DNA of 64,000 bases from Magallana gigas (lineage: Eukaryota), in assembly GCF_963853765.1 (NCBI RefSeq), contig NC_088860.1, positions 20,832,001 through 20,896,000 of the forward strand, written 5' to 3'. Of this stretch, positions 51,912-64,000 are shown one piece after another. The position numbers and the translations under genes were made by a program. Each line of letters begins with the position of its first letter. Positions within the stretch are counted from its first letter, which is position 1. The notes under the pieces are model-generated. The model was given only the letters and a program-made list of their open reading frames with translations, ran no database searches and was not told the origin of the DNA.

Positions 51912-53315
51912 TTTTAGCTCACCTGAGGATGGGACCACAATGGGGGGTCGAAGTTTAACATGAATATATAGAGTAACTCTTAAGAAATCTTCTTCTCAGA
52001 AACTAATCGGCCAGGAAAGCTGAAACTTGTGTGGAAGCATCTTCAGGTAGTGTAGATTCAAAGATGTGAAAATCATGACCCCTGGGGGTAGGGTGGGGCC
52101 ACAATGGAGGGTCGAAGTTTAACATATGAATATAAAAAGTAAATCTTTAAAAATCTTCTTCTCAGAAACTAATCGGCCAGGAAAGCTGACACTTGTGTGG
52201 ATGCATCCTTAGGTAGTGAAGATTCAAATTTGTGAAAATCATGACCCCCGAGGGTAGGGAGGGGCCACAATAGGGGATCGACGTTTTACATAGGAATATA
52301 TACAGTAAATCTTTAAAAATCTTCTTCTCAGAAAATAATCAGACAGGAAAGCTGACACTTGTGTGGATGCATCCTCAGGTAGTGTAAATTTTAAAGTTGT
52401 GAAAATCATGACCCCCGGGGGTAGGGTGGGGCCACAATGGGGGATCGAAGTTTAACATAGGAATATATACAGTAAATCTTTAAAAATCTTCTTCTCAGAA
52501 ACTAATTCGCCGGCAAAGCTGGAACTTGGGTGGAAGCATCCTCATGTAATGTAGATTCAAAGTTGTGAAAGTCATGACCCCTGGGGGTAGGTTGGGGCCA
52601 CAATGGGGGATCGAAGTTTAACATATGATTATATACAGTAAATCTTCTTCTCAGAAACTAATTAGCCAGGAAAGCTAAAACTTGTGTGGAAGCATACTCA
52701 GGTAATGTAGATTCAAATTTGTGAAAATCATGACCCCTGGGGGTAGGTTTGGGCCACAATGGGAGGTCGATGTTTTACATAGGAATAAACAGAGTTATTC
52801 TTTAAAAATCTTCTTCTCAGAAACTAATCAGCCAGGAAAGCTGAAACTTGTGTGAAAGCATCCTCAGGTACTGTAGATTCAAAGTTGTGAAAATAATGAT
52901 CCCCAGGGGTAGGGTGGGGCCACAATGGGGGGGGGGGGGTCAAAGTTTAACAAAGAAATATATAGGGTAAATCTTTAAAAATCTTCTCAAAAACTAATCA
53001 GCCAGATGATTCTTTATAATTGTTAAGACTTTGGCCCCAGGACAATTCTTTGGCCTCACGAGAAGGTTCAGAGTTTGATGTACGTTTATATCCCATATAT
53101 AAACTATTGTTAGGGATCTTTTTTAGATCTGCAATACTCAACATATGATATGACTATAAAATCATCCTGTTAGAAAAGGGACTAATGATTATAAACATAA
53201 GAATATCCAGGGGAAAATGGATTTTATTTATACAGGATTTACATGAATTATTGTACATTGTCCAGATAGTTTGTATTATGACTCCATTGAGCTGATTTTA
53301 TCATACCTCTTGTTC

Positions 53316-53350
<35 letters not shown>
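51912..53350 (+). mobile_element. HINE-like element carrying ~6.5 monomers of a Cg170-like ~166-bp satellite
   Basis: Left end ttttagctcacctgag; aatcttcttctc anchors at about 51986, 52152, 52318, 52485, 52641, 52807 and 52979; right end ctcaggtgagcgatgtggcccatgggcctcttgtt with a terminal palindrome. Confidence 0.88.
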
Positions 53351-53354
<4 letters not shown>

Positions 53355-53400
53355 TTTCTTTTTCTTTTTTTTACTGAAATTTGGTTCATAAGGCAATTTA

Positions 53401-53493
53401 TAGCTGCAGGTCTGTAGCTTTCAGTCTGAAAAAACTCGGATGAAGGTCGTCCATCCGAATTTTTTTAGACTTGGAGCTGCAGACCTGCAGCTA
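53401..53493. mobile_element. 93-bp hairpin MITE flanked by TA
   Basis: agctgcaggtctgtagctttcagtctgaaaaaactcggatg / 9-nt loop / catccgaatttttttagacttggagctgcagacctgcagct; ~41-bp stem with few mismatches. Confidence 0.75.
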
Positions 53494-54367
53494 ACGTGGC
53501 TTTAACGATGTCTGAATAAATCTTTTAATTGGCCATAACAGTAAACTTGACGTGGATTATAATGCAACACTGCATGATTTGTGATAAGCATGTAAAAATG
53601 GTGAACGTTGTTTCTGACCTTGAAAAAATATACGATTTACTTCTAGTCCTATATTATACTTCTCCTAATTGTTAAATTTCTGCAATTTAACATATTTTTA
53701 CTAAACAATGGCAATTGTTAAAGTCTCTTCATGCGAAGATTTTTTTCCTTAAAAAAATAGCTTAACCAATTTGATTGTAAATGTATGCAAACCTTTTTTT
53801 GCATGAATTGAAATTGCTAAATTTTAAGTCTTTAATATTTTAGTTAATATCCATAACCCTTTCTACATATAAAGTATAATTATAAAAAAATATGTGCTTT
53901 GAAATATACACGGAAAAGGCCGCGCACAAATGCTCTCTTTTCAGGGTTCAAAATCCACCTCTTTCTCACTACTAGGGGTTAAAAACGTGTATGGCAGAAT
54001 CGTAAAACGCCTCAAATGAGAGTGTAAACTTATAGTGTAAAATACGTGGAAATGCCGCCAACGAATAACGACAATTGATGAAATTCAATTAGAAAACAGA
54101 GAGCATTTTTAGTTCACCGATGCAGCTAGTGAAAAAAAAAACCTGACAAAACAAGAGCTATATGAATCATCCATGATTTTCTTTGGAGGTATTTAAAAGG
54201 AGCAAATTTTCAATTCTTCGTGGGAATTTGAGTCTGACGTCACCATGGTTTTTTGTGCAGTCTGGGAATAATTTTTTTTAGGTTGCTGAAGATTTCAGCC
54301 GATCAATAAACTTGTAAGAGAACTGAATCGTGTAGATTTCTGTCCTGTCAGTTTCTGTACAGTATAA

Positions 54368-54400
<33 letters not shown>

Positions 54401-57400
54401 TTATGTCAACATGCAAGATAATAGAGAAATGATTCATACATGTATTCGGTTTGCTTAAAAAAACAGAGGAAAATTTACTTTGTGGATGTAAGTGATAATT
54501 ATAATTTATAAAACATATGCGTAATTATAAACGAACCACCAGGCTGAAAAACACTAGCAGCTCACTGGTTATACGTTGGTCCGACTCCTACATTATTATA
54601 CTACGGAATATCTTTCCTAAATACATGTACCGGTAATTGATTTCATTGAGTTATCATGTTTTATCAGTTTCCTTCCATTATTTCGTGTTTGATTTTTACT
54701 GGCGCTGTCCTATATATATTTGAATACTTGTAAAGGTTATGGAAATAAAAAAAAATACTTCGGGAACAGTTGTAATGAACGTTATTTTGTAAGAATATAA
54801 AGATTTACGTGCAAGTAGTTTTTCTTCTAACTTTTCATTAGGTTTTTAAAGAAAAAGACTGGTTTCAATATCTTTCTCTTGCACAATTTTGATGCATAAA
54901 ATTTTGCACCATTTTTAAGATGAAATTTATCAAAAGATGATCTTGAAAGTTTAAAATAACCATTATTGTTGGGCTAAATGGGCTTTTTTAAAAGATATCA
55001 TTTGGCTTGACGTCACTATTCACGGTTGTATGTACATGCTGATTTCAAATTTCACCTTTCTAGTGCCCTGAATTCTTTTTATATAAAGATATCAAAATTC
55101 TTTTTTAATTAATTTATTGCAGTTATTTTATTTTAAGATAAAGATAATCTTGGAATCAATTTGACGGCTTTGTTAGATGATCCATTATATTGATAGAAAT
55201 ACTTAAAAGTAACATGGTAAATCATAAGAGAAAGAAAATGGAAGGAAAATTGAAAAAAGAAATCAAAGAGCCAGCAATCTAGATCTTTTTGAAACATAAA
55301 AATTGGAATAAAACTATGGCGTTTTAGTTTTAAATAGACTGTATATGATTGCAAATAAGAATAGAAAATTCCCATGATACCTTGTCTCATTATTGACGAC
55401 ACTTTGAGTGGAATTTTAGATTATTTCTATTATTCACGTGCATATTGAAGTTCATGATACCTACTATACTTTTAAACAAGATATGTAGATTGTCTCTCAA
55501 CTCGATCCAACCGCCCTGCGCCAAAATTGTTAAAAATTTAAAGATTCGCACACACTTATATCATAACCTTCTAACCTTCAAAACCGCATGAAGCACAAAA
55601 GGAAACATCTTTTATTTTTAAGCATACTAGTACTACTATTCATTTTCCTTTAAGGTAGTCACAATGGTCTTTCGTATCCGACTGTTGGTTTTTTTTTACT
55701 TGGCGTGTTTTTTACACGGCGTGATAAATATCCGGTTATAATAAGGTGTCAGTTTTCGATCTAAAATTGCATACTAGTATTTTGTATGAAATGTACTTCA
55801 TCCTTCCTTATATCTCAAAGTGCCAGTGCCCCCCCCCCCCCCCCCCCCGCCTTTTTTATCCACTCAACGAACAAAAATTTCATTTCATTTTATATGTTGA
55901 ATGAAAATTTCTATTCAAATCAAACACAGAAAGAGTAGTTGGCTAACTTATGTAATGTACCAGTATGAACAAAATTCACACAAAATTGCAATAATTATCC
56001 ATGCGACTTCTTGGGGGAAGGGGGGGGGGGGGTATGGAACGTGAGTTTGCTTTCTTTTTTGGCTTTATTAAATCGAGGACCAAATGGTCATATGCACTAC
56101 AAGAAAGTCATATCGACTTACGTGCCGTTTAATACCGTGACATGTCAAAGAATGACAGTTAACATATCCCAGGTCTTTTGAAACAGTATAAAATTGAAAG
56201 AAGAAGTTGAAAACGACTGATTAATTAATGTCGAACAGTTATTTCTGTTTGGTCTTCCCACCAGCCAATATTATTATTATCTTTATGTTTACTTCTGTTT
56301 GTAAGCGTCTAGACCCACGTAGTGTCGCATTTTATGACCACGAAAATAATTTCGAATATAAATACTTTGATCTATGGTGAATTTTATGATATTATGCAGC
56401 TGAAATTTCCAGTGAAAATGTGATTAAATTGAAGAAGCGGTGTATAACGCGAAAACTTTTTGTACTGGTTATTTTAATTGTCTTGAGACAACAAACTGCG
56501 TCGGAATATACTATGTAAAAATTTAATAATAAAACAGTTTTATATCTAAAGTAGTTATTATTATGAATTTGTGATTCATGCAACGTAATAAAACGTCTGC
56601 TCCTCAGCAGGGGAGGTAATGAAACCATCTTCGTGAACTGGACTGCTCACGTGGTGTGAAGGAAGAGACCGTTAAATATCCGGATATTAATGCTGCCATC
56701 TATGCGTGATGGGGCGACTTTCAGGGGTTTCCACTAGACAGGAAGAGACCAGAATTGTCCAAGGAGCGGGAAGCAAACATAAACAACAGCCAATATATTG
56801 TGACAGCTGTTGCATCACTTCGTTCATTGCAAGCCCAACATAACCGAATTTTCTTTAAAAAAGAACTGGCATTCAATATTTGATATAAATCTTATGTTTA
56901 TGTAGGATGCTCAACTATTCGATTACAACCACAACTTTTCACTATTGAATTGTGAATCTATGTTAAAGCGGCGGGGGCATTGCACGTATCATTAAAGTGA
57001 CGTATTTTTAAATATTTTTAACTATCATTCGTATGTATATTTCTGCCCTTTTTGATTGGTTTGTTTGGTTTGGTGGGGGGGGGGGGTTTTAATAGAAAAA
57101 ATGTGTCTTTCGATGTTGTGGTAAATTGCTATTTGTCTCTGAATTTGAAGGTTCATTGTTAAAATATGGCTGTGGACGGTTAAATGTTTGTTATTTTAAC
57201 ATTTTTAAAAGTACGACATTGCATGCATTTTATTTTGTAAAAGCAAACTACCCAGTTTGAAAATGCACACATGAATATACATTACAGTCCCTTAGATTGA
57301 ACCAACACTGATACAAAACACAATAACAACAAGAAAATAGCTGAAAATAAACAAACAGAAGAAACATCTAATGAGGAAATATCATTTTTTTTTTATAACT

Positions 57401-58014
57401 TTGACGTTTGAAATTATTATAGATTTTAGATAATGACTACTAAAATCATGTCACCGTATTTAACGTATTAAAGGCAGTATTCCCAATTCATATGTTTAAC
57501 ATTGTTGCTTCAGTAAGCGTCCATATCTAAACGATTAATTTCGAAGTAATTAGAATATTTTTTATGTCTGGCCCAAACACTTCGTTTTCTCAACAAGTGT
57601 CAACTTCCGATGAAAACAACCATCACCAGCTTCAGGGATCCATAAGACTCCGTAAAGAAAGGTCACTTTTGACGTAAAAAGGGACTTTTTCGTTCTGATT
57701 AGTACTTACAGCACTAAACACTTCACGTGCCTTATTTACTGTGGTTGGCTCTTCTGCCCACAAATATATATACATTTTGCCCTGAAATCGGATTTGGTTA
57801 AGTATTTGTCGCCACCAATAGCTCGTTTGCCAGACACTTGGGTATGCATTTTCAGTAAATCTGGTTATCGCTTGTTAAACACCAAATCACAGGAAATCAT
57901 GTAAATGTCAAACTTCCTGTTTTGTGTTTTTCATATACAGACCTTACATAAGCTTACTTTAGACATTTGGTGAAATACAATCAAAAACGTGCAATGAAAA
58001 TTTTTTTTTACCCA

Positions 58015-58210
58015 CTATAGTGGTTTTATTAATATTCTTGTGTATATATTTTCGTGGATTTCGTGTAAATCAAAGTTTCAAGGGTATTTAATTTCGTAGA
58101 CAATGTTTCTATTTAATCAGAATGTTAAAAGAAATTGAACTTCAACAACAAATTAATATTGTGCATCAACGTAACTCAACAACTAAATCCGTAAACGATG
58201 GTAATAAGAA
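58015..58210. mobile_element. Degenerate copy of the TA-MITE family seen at 63331
   Basis: tatagtggttttattaatattc..ttttcgtggatttcg resembles the left end of the 63331 element. Confidence 0.45.
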
Positions 58211-59859
58211 CAATAAATTGCGTTGATTTGCGAAAGTTACACGTTTCATGACTTATTTTTAGGCTAGTGCAAATGAGAGCTCAAAAGGATTTTGCACCTA
58301 GATTTACCCATTTCCTGTAATAATTTAAATTCCTACACGTGTGGGGGTATACATTTATAAAATATGTTTCATATTGCAATTACATGCATATCATGATATT
58401 TCCATTGGATTTCGACTACTGAATTTCGGAAGGGATTGTAAAGATTCTATAAAAAAAATACTCAAAATTATTTTTCATCAGTAGGAATTCTTAATTTTTC
58501 TTTTTTAAAGAATAAATATTTCCAGCCTGACAGTTGAGAAAGAAAGGAAACACGCCGGATATTTTAATTCCTTCAAGAAATTGAAATCAAACGAAACACA
58601 AATACTTCCTAAACGAAGCGAATGACCGTCTGTCAGACTGCTTTTAAGTCTTTAATTAGATGCACACCTACATATAGAATAGCTGTGTTTTGCTTTTTTT
58701 TGTTTCCTCTTTTTTATGTTGTCGACCGATATCAGAAGATTTCCCATTACACACACAAAAAAATCTTTTTATGACTTTTTTTTTCTTGAAACGATGGCGG
58801 TTCAAAGGATTTTAGATTACTTTACATATCTAGTTCTCTCTTTTCGCGGTTTTCTTAGAATTTAGATGCCACCAGATCAAAATGCTTCACCACTTTATTA
58901 ATTTACCCACTGAACCCCTTGCGGCAATTTTTTCATCAATTACAACTTTGACAAATTGCTAGACAGGTCACGATTTCACAGACAGTATCAGATTTAACAA
59001 TTGAAGTTAACCACCTATACAACTTTTGCTCATTAATAAAAACCCATATTCTAAGCTCCTCAAATTTTATGTAATAAGTTGAAGGATTTCAGTAGAATTT
59101 AGTCGATTATTGGGGGAGGGGGGGGGGGGCTTGATGGTCGTGGAAATTTTAAGTCTACGTGGATATTAATAGATCATATCTTAAATTCAAAGAAGATCTG
59201 ACGGTTAATTGAAAGAGAAGTATGAATGAAAGAAATAAAATGAAAAAAGCGTAGTTTTAAGTCCTTTTTTTTATTGATAAATAACATTTTGAGATCGAAA
59301 AAAAAAATCAACAAGTATACACCATGTACTTCTAAATACTAGCACACAAAACACAATAGTCAGAAGATTTTTCATTCTTGAAATTACTCCAATCACCTTT
59401 ACACGTGCTCATAATGAACAAAAAAATAATTTTACATGTGTCTCATTTGCAATTTTTCTTGTGAAAATAGCATTAATACATGCAGTCTTCTGTAGGTACA
59501 AATAGTACTGACACTATTTTTTATTATTATCTCCGTATTAAGAAAAACATTAACAGTGATATAAATAGAAAGAATTCGAACATCTTGTTCGAAACTGTTT
59601 TATCACATGACTTATCACACGGCACGTTAAATCTCCACATGATTACAGTCAGCTGACTTTCATGTCAATTAGGCGAACCGGAAACGCTAACCTCAGAACA
59701 CAATATACATCCGCATTCGTCTATCCGGAAGTAGAAAACGTCTTTGGTGGGGCCGTTGTCAAAACGCTCTAGTGTTACCTGAAATAAAGGGGGAAAAAAA
59801 GAACTGTGTAGTCACCAAAATAATGAAACGTGGAATATTTCATATAAAGATTTTTTTAT

Positions 59860-60669
59860 TTAAAGCTATACACGCTATAATTTGCGTCAATTTTGAATGA
59901 CAGTGAAAACGCATGTGTTTGTCTACTTATAAAAGTTATCCTTAATCTGTAAATTACAAGGGTGAATTCCATCTCGTTACAGAGATATAGATTTTTAATT
60001 GTTTATTTTCCTGCCAGGAAAATATACCTTTTCATGAATATTGATGAAGGAAGAGCAAACCGACCTGATTGCGCATGTCCGCGGAGAACTAGGTGGTCGT
60101 TATTGTTTGCCTAATTAAATATCCAACTTGATTTTTAATATGCTTAACAGTTGTTAAATTGAAATACATACATGTATAATGAGTAAAATACGCTTGTCAT
60201 TCACGATACCCTTACTTCTGCATTAACACTTATAGGATCTATAAATAGCACATAGGGGAAAAACTTAGGTCTACGTCATTTTTTTAAAGGAAGTATCCAT
60301 ATCTACTCACAGGCTTGTATTTTTTTCTTTTGTTTGTACTCGTATATCGGACAAATTAATGCTTTACTGAAAATATCCTTTCCTTTGTGAAACTATCACA
60401 ATTATGAAGATGTTGACCCTTCACCAGTTTTGGTATGATAGGCTAAATTTAGCTGTCGATATCACGTGATAGATTGATATTCACGAGGAGGCATTACTTT
60501 CCTGGCAGGAAAATAAATATTTTTTATTGTTTAATATTTGATATATTTGTTACGTGATCGAATTGAGCATAATAATTAACAGAATAAAGGTAACTTTTAT
60601 TAGTAATCAAACACATACATTTTCCCCTTTATTCAAAATTGACGCAAATTATAGCGTGTATAGCTTTAA
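59860..60669. mobile_element. Non-autonomous DNA transposon with TTAA target duplication and AG..CT termini (Kolobok-like)
   Basis: ttaa|agctatacacgctataatttgcgtcaattttgaat versus attcaaaattgacgcaaattatagcgtgtatagct|ttaa, a perfect 35-bp TIR. A subterminal inverted pair tttattttcctgccaggaaa lies at ~60002 and ~60497. Confidence 0.88.
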
Positions 60670-63149
60670 GCATTGAGTGCTTATTTTTGGGTGTATATAT
60701 TCGGTCCTATAACACACCAAGCGGTACATACAAATTGAATGCTTATATTTGTCTGTTTGTATGAAATATATGTGTATCATCGCTGTATAGTCATTATATA
60801 TACATGTACGTACGCTCTTAGTCAGGGATTTGAAACATACGTGGAACAGACATATTAATATCTTATTTATTTCGCTTCCGCGAGATCAATTATAGTGCCC
60901 ACAACTTTGTAGAGAATTTTTTTTTTCAATTAACGAGTAGACTAGATATGATTTGATAATTTTTCGTAAGTTCATATCAAATTCGCTATGATAGATCAAA
61001 CGTTTTATCTTACAAAAATAAATCTACTCAAAACGCATGATGACGTTAAATTATATTTGTGCTCATGGCGTTTGAATTGGCTAAGTGTATTCATAAGAAA
61101 TTGAACGTTGCAGATTTCTAATGCTAACTAAAGGGAAAATATACACTGAATGTAAATATTAAGTCTATAGATTTAAATTTGTTTCTCAATACATGATATG
61201 ACAGCTGACCCTGACATTCAACTTCGTTGCAAAAATAGGGGATACCGGGTGGATACTAGTAGGGAGGGGTTATATATAAGCAAATATCTCTACCAATGTA
61301 TAAAATCGTTAATACTAGTCTATAAGATTATCATGACCTACCAATTTGGCTTTGAGAAAGAATCTAAATCAAACTATAGATTTATATAAAAAAAAAAAAT
61401 AATAAATAAGACAGGCAAAAACTAAGACGACACTGCATTATTAGTTAAATACCGGTATCTTAATATCAGGGGTGTTTTGGTCATTCTTTAAAAAATCCTT
61501 TTTTTCCTATACTTTCTTGAATCCTTTTTGAAAGAAGGCTACTAATACTGTATAGTAATGACAGAAGTGTGTAGTTATTTACAGGTTTCATTCAGCTCTT
61601 TTAATTAAGTCCTAACATACAGACCAAACTAGTTGCTCTGATGATAATTGAAACGTTTGAAATATAAATGATATCAGCGTGTCTTTTGAGTTAATAAATT
61701 GCCTTAAAGAGTTGTCTCTTTTATTATATATGTCACAGGGATACAATTGAATATAATTCAGTATTTAGTCATTCATTTATTTACTCATTCATTCATCCAT
61801 ACATTTCATTATTAACTCATTCATGGTTTACTCGTGTTTGACTGGTATTCGTGTTCTGTCACGTGCTTGTGTTATTTTGGGTTGTGATTCACCAAATACG
61901 GTAATAGCTATAATATGTCTCTATTTGGTAGTGGTAAAACAGGTTTTCATGGGTGTGTATGGTCAGTGCGCAAGTGTGAGTGATAACACTTAATTTATAA
62001 TGTTTTGCACCATGATTTTAGAACATAACTCGTTTGCCAGCAGACAGCGACAGTTTTACGACTTGTCTGATTAAATAGTTTGAGACTGTCATTAGTTTCA
62101 AACTATTACGTTTAAGTTCTACTGAAGGCGAATTTGGTGAGAAATACTTTCTTTAATTGTTTTCATCTTAAAGTTAAAATATCTAAATATTATAAAAATG
62201 TATGTGTCAATTGTATGAATGTTTTCATTTCAGGTCACCTTCTCATCATTATTGTTATTCATCATAATAAAGTAACGTTGGAAAAACTGGACCATCCTTT
62301 TATTTATTTATTTTGTACGAGGAGTACCGACCCCGTGACATATATAGTTAATTAATTTCTTTCAATTTCTGTGGTATCTTGCATCTCTGGGCACCAGATT
62401 TCGTGGGTTAAGTGATAAATTGATTTTCTTTTTTTAAAAATCCAAATTGTCATCAAAGTGGGAAATTCACCAAGGATTCACGTAGACTTTCCTTGAACAT
62501 GTGTATTCGCTTATTAATATTTTTAGGATAAAAGAAACAAAGATAATTATTTTTGCTTTGACATCAATCTAAGAGGAACACACAAAGGAGAAGTCTAAAA
62601 ATTATACGACCTTTTTTTAAAAAGTTGATACGCACAGTTAGTCACCATTTTATGAGAAGGATACGATATATATACAGAACCAAAGTACAAGTGTATATAA
62701 TGTGATTTGACCATTTCAATAACAATAGCAGATTACATGCATACAGTACCAGCGTGCAATAATCTACATGCAATAAGGTTTCTCACCCGACCACCTAAGT
62801 CGAAAGTAATAAAGTATAAAAGTTAATTGAAAATCTGAATACATTCATTTTAGGATATCATCAGCCTGATAGTTCAAAATTTGTCCCAAAATCGCGATTC
62901 AAGGATTTCTAACCTCCCCAAGGTACCCCTAAATTATTATATTGGTCAATTATTTAGGAAAATCACAGTATTAAGATAAGGGTACCCTAGGCTTTCCATA
63001 AAAAGATAAAGGGTAGCCATTTAACTATGTTAGTTTAGATTTATTGTAAAGATATTCAGAGCAAAAGTACGCAAAACATTGTAAATTTTAGCCGTAACTG
63101 GTCCATGTATATGTATCAAAAAATTTTGGAAAGTTAAAAAATAATAAAG

Positions 63150-63205
63150 GCCTCAGCGGGATTCGAACTCATGACTAACAGATTCGAAGTTAAGCAGCTC
63201 GATGG
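63150..63205 (-). mobile_element. tRNA-derived SINE-like head fragment
   Basis: gcgggattcgaactc is the reverse complement of the B-box gagttcgaatcccgc; the rest is degenerate. Confidence 0.35.
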
Positions 63206-63330
63206 TCGTGGTAATTTTTTTTAGACTGTATTGATCTCCTTTAGAAGAAGAACTCTTTATTAAAATATAGGAAAATACCCAATTTTAAAAAGATAAAACA
63301 GATGTATTTTTTATACTAAATAATAATTTA

Positions 63331-63541
63331 TACTGTGGTTTCATCAATATTCGTTGAATACCAATTTTCGTGGATTTCGTTGTTAAGTTGATCCACGAAA
63401 TTAAATGTTCACTGAAGTGCAATTTCTATTAACATTTTGTATTGATAGGGTCATTGGCCACGAATTTACGAATCCTTGAAACTGTGATGATTATTTTACC
63501 CACGAAATTTGATACCTTTGAATATTAATGAAACCACAGTA
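63331..63541. mobile_element. TA-flanked MITE (Tc1/mariner-type), TIR CTGTGGTTTCAT
   Basis: tactgtggtttcatcaatattc versus the reverse-complemented right end tactgtggtttcattaatattc (21/22). Confidence 0.85.
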
Positions 63542-64000
63542 CCTTAACAAATCATTTAGGCAGATCTGATGGTTTATTTGTTGACCATGCAGCCTCCTTA
63601 TCGCTCAAAACCATTGCGTCACGCTGTTAGGGAACAATTTTGGGAAAGAAAATAATTGTAAAGTTATACTTGATTTTATTGTTTATTTCAATAGAAAGTG
63701 AGTCACAGTATGTAGTTATTCCATTCCGCTGTAACCGTATCATTCAAAATGACCTTTTGTTTAGGACCTACGCATATGAGTAAACAAAGCAATCTATACA
63801 CGTATACCACACGAACAGAAATAATAATTTGTATCAATCTAGGTGCTAGACTTGTTTTCATATGCAATTTATGTAGGCAGTTCTTCTATTTTTACAAACC
63901 TTTCCTATCCAGGAAGCAATTAGAATTCAATTAATATAGATGAAATAACACACCTGAAAATGGCCACTCAAATTGACAGTAAATTATTTGATAATGAAAG

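Overview
AT-rich, intron-containing animal genomic DNA with one assembly gap (N 19042-19170). The ~166-bp satellite monomers inside Helentron-type ends suggest a Crassostrea/Magallana-like oyster (inference). All exon models were built by hand from GT/AG sites and phase consistency; no database search was run. Genes from left to right: last exon of an SLC23 transporter; two tandem paralogous basic/coiled-coil orphan genes; two tandem secreted cystine-knot genes of the Noggin/Trunk/PTTH type (one prodomain-less, one with a Trunk/Noggin-like prodomain and furin site); NHLRC2 (minus, 10 exons), head-to-head with a protein made of ~36-aa PRVKPE repeats; TARDBP/TDP-43 (minus); EBPL (plus). The last 14 kb is repeat-rich (Helentron-like satellite carriers, MITEs) with a few orphan exon-like segments. 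The best leads are the cystine-knot ligand pair, a dense cluster of U1/5'-splice-site motifs downstream of the TARDBP stop, the repeat protein behind an RFX-like promoter, and the domain shared by the two orphan paralogs.
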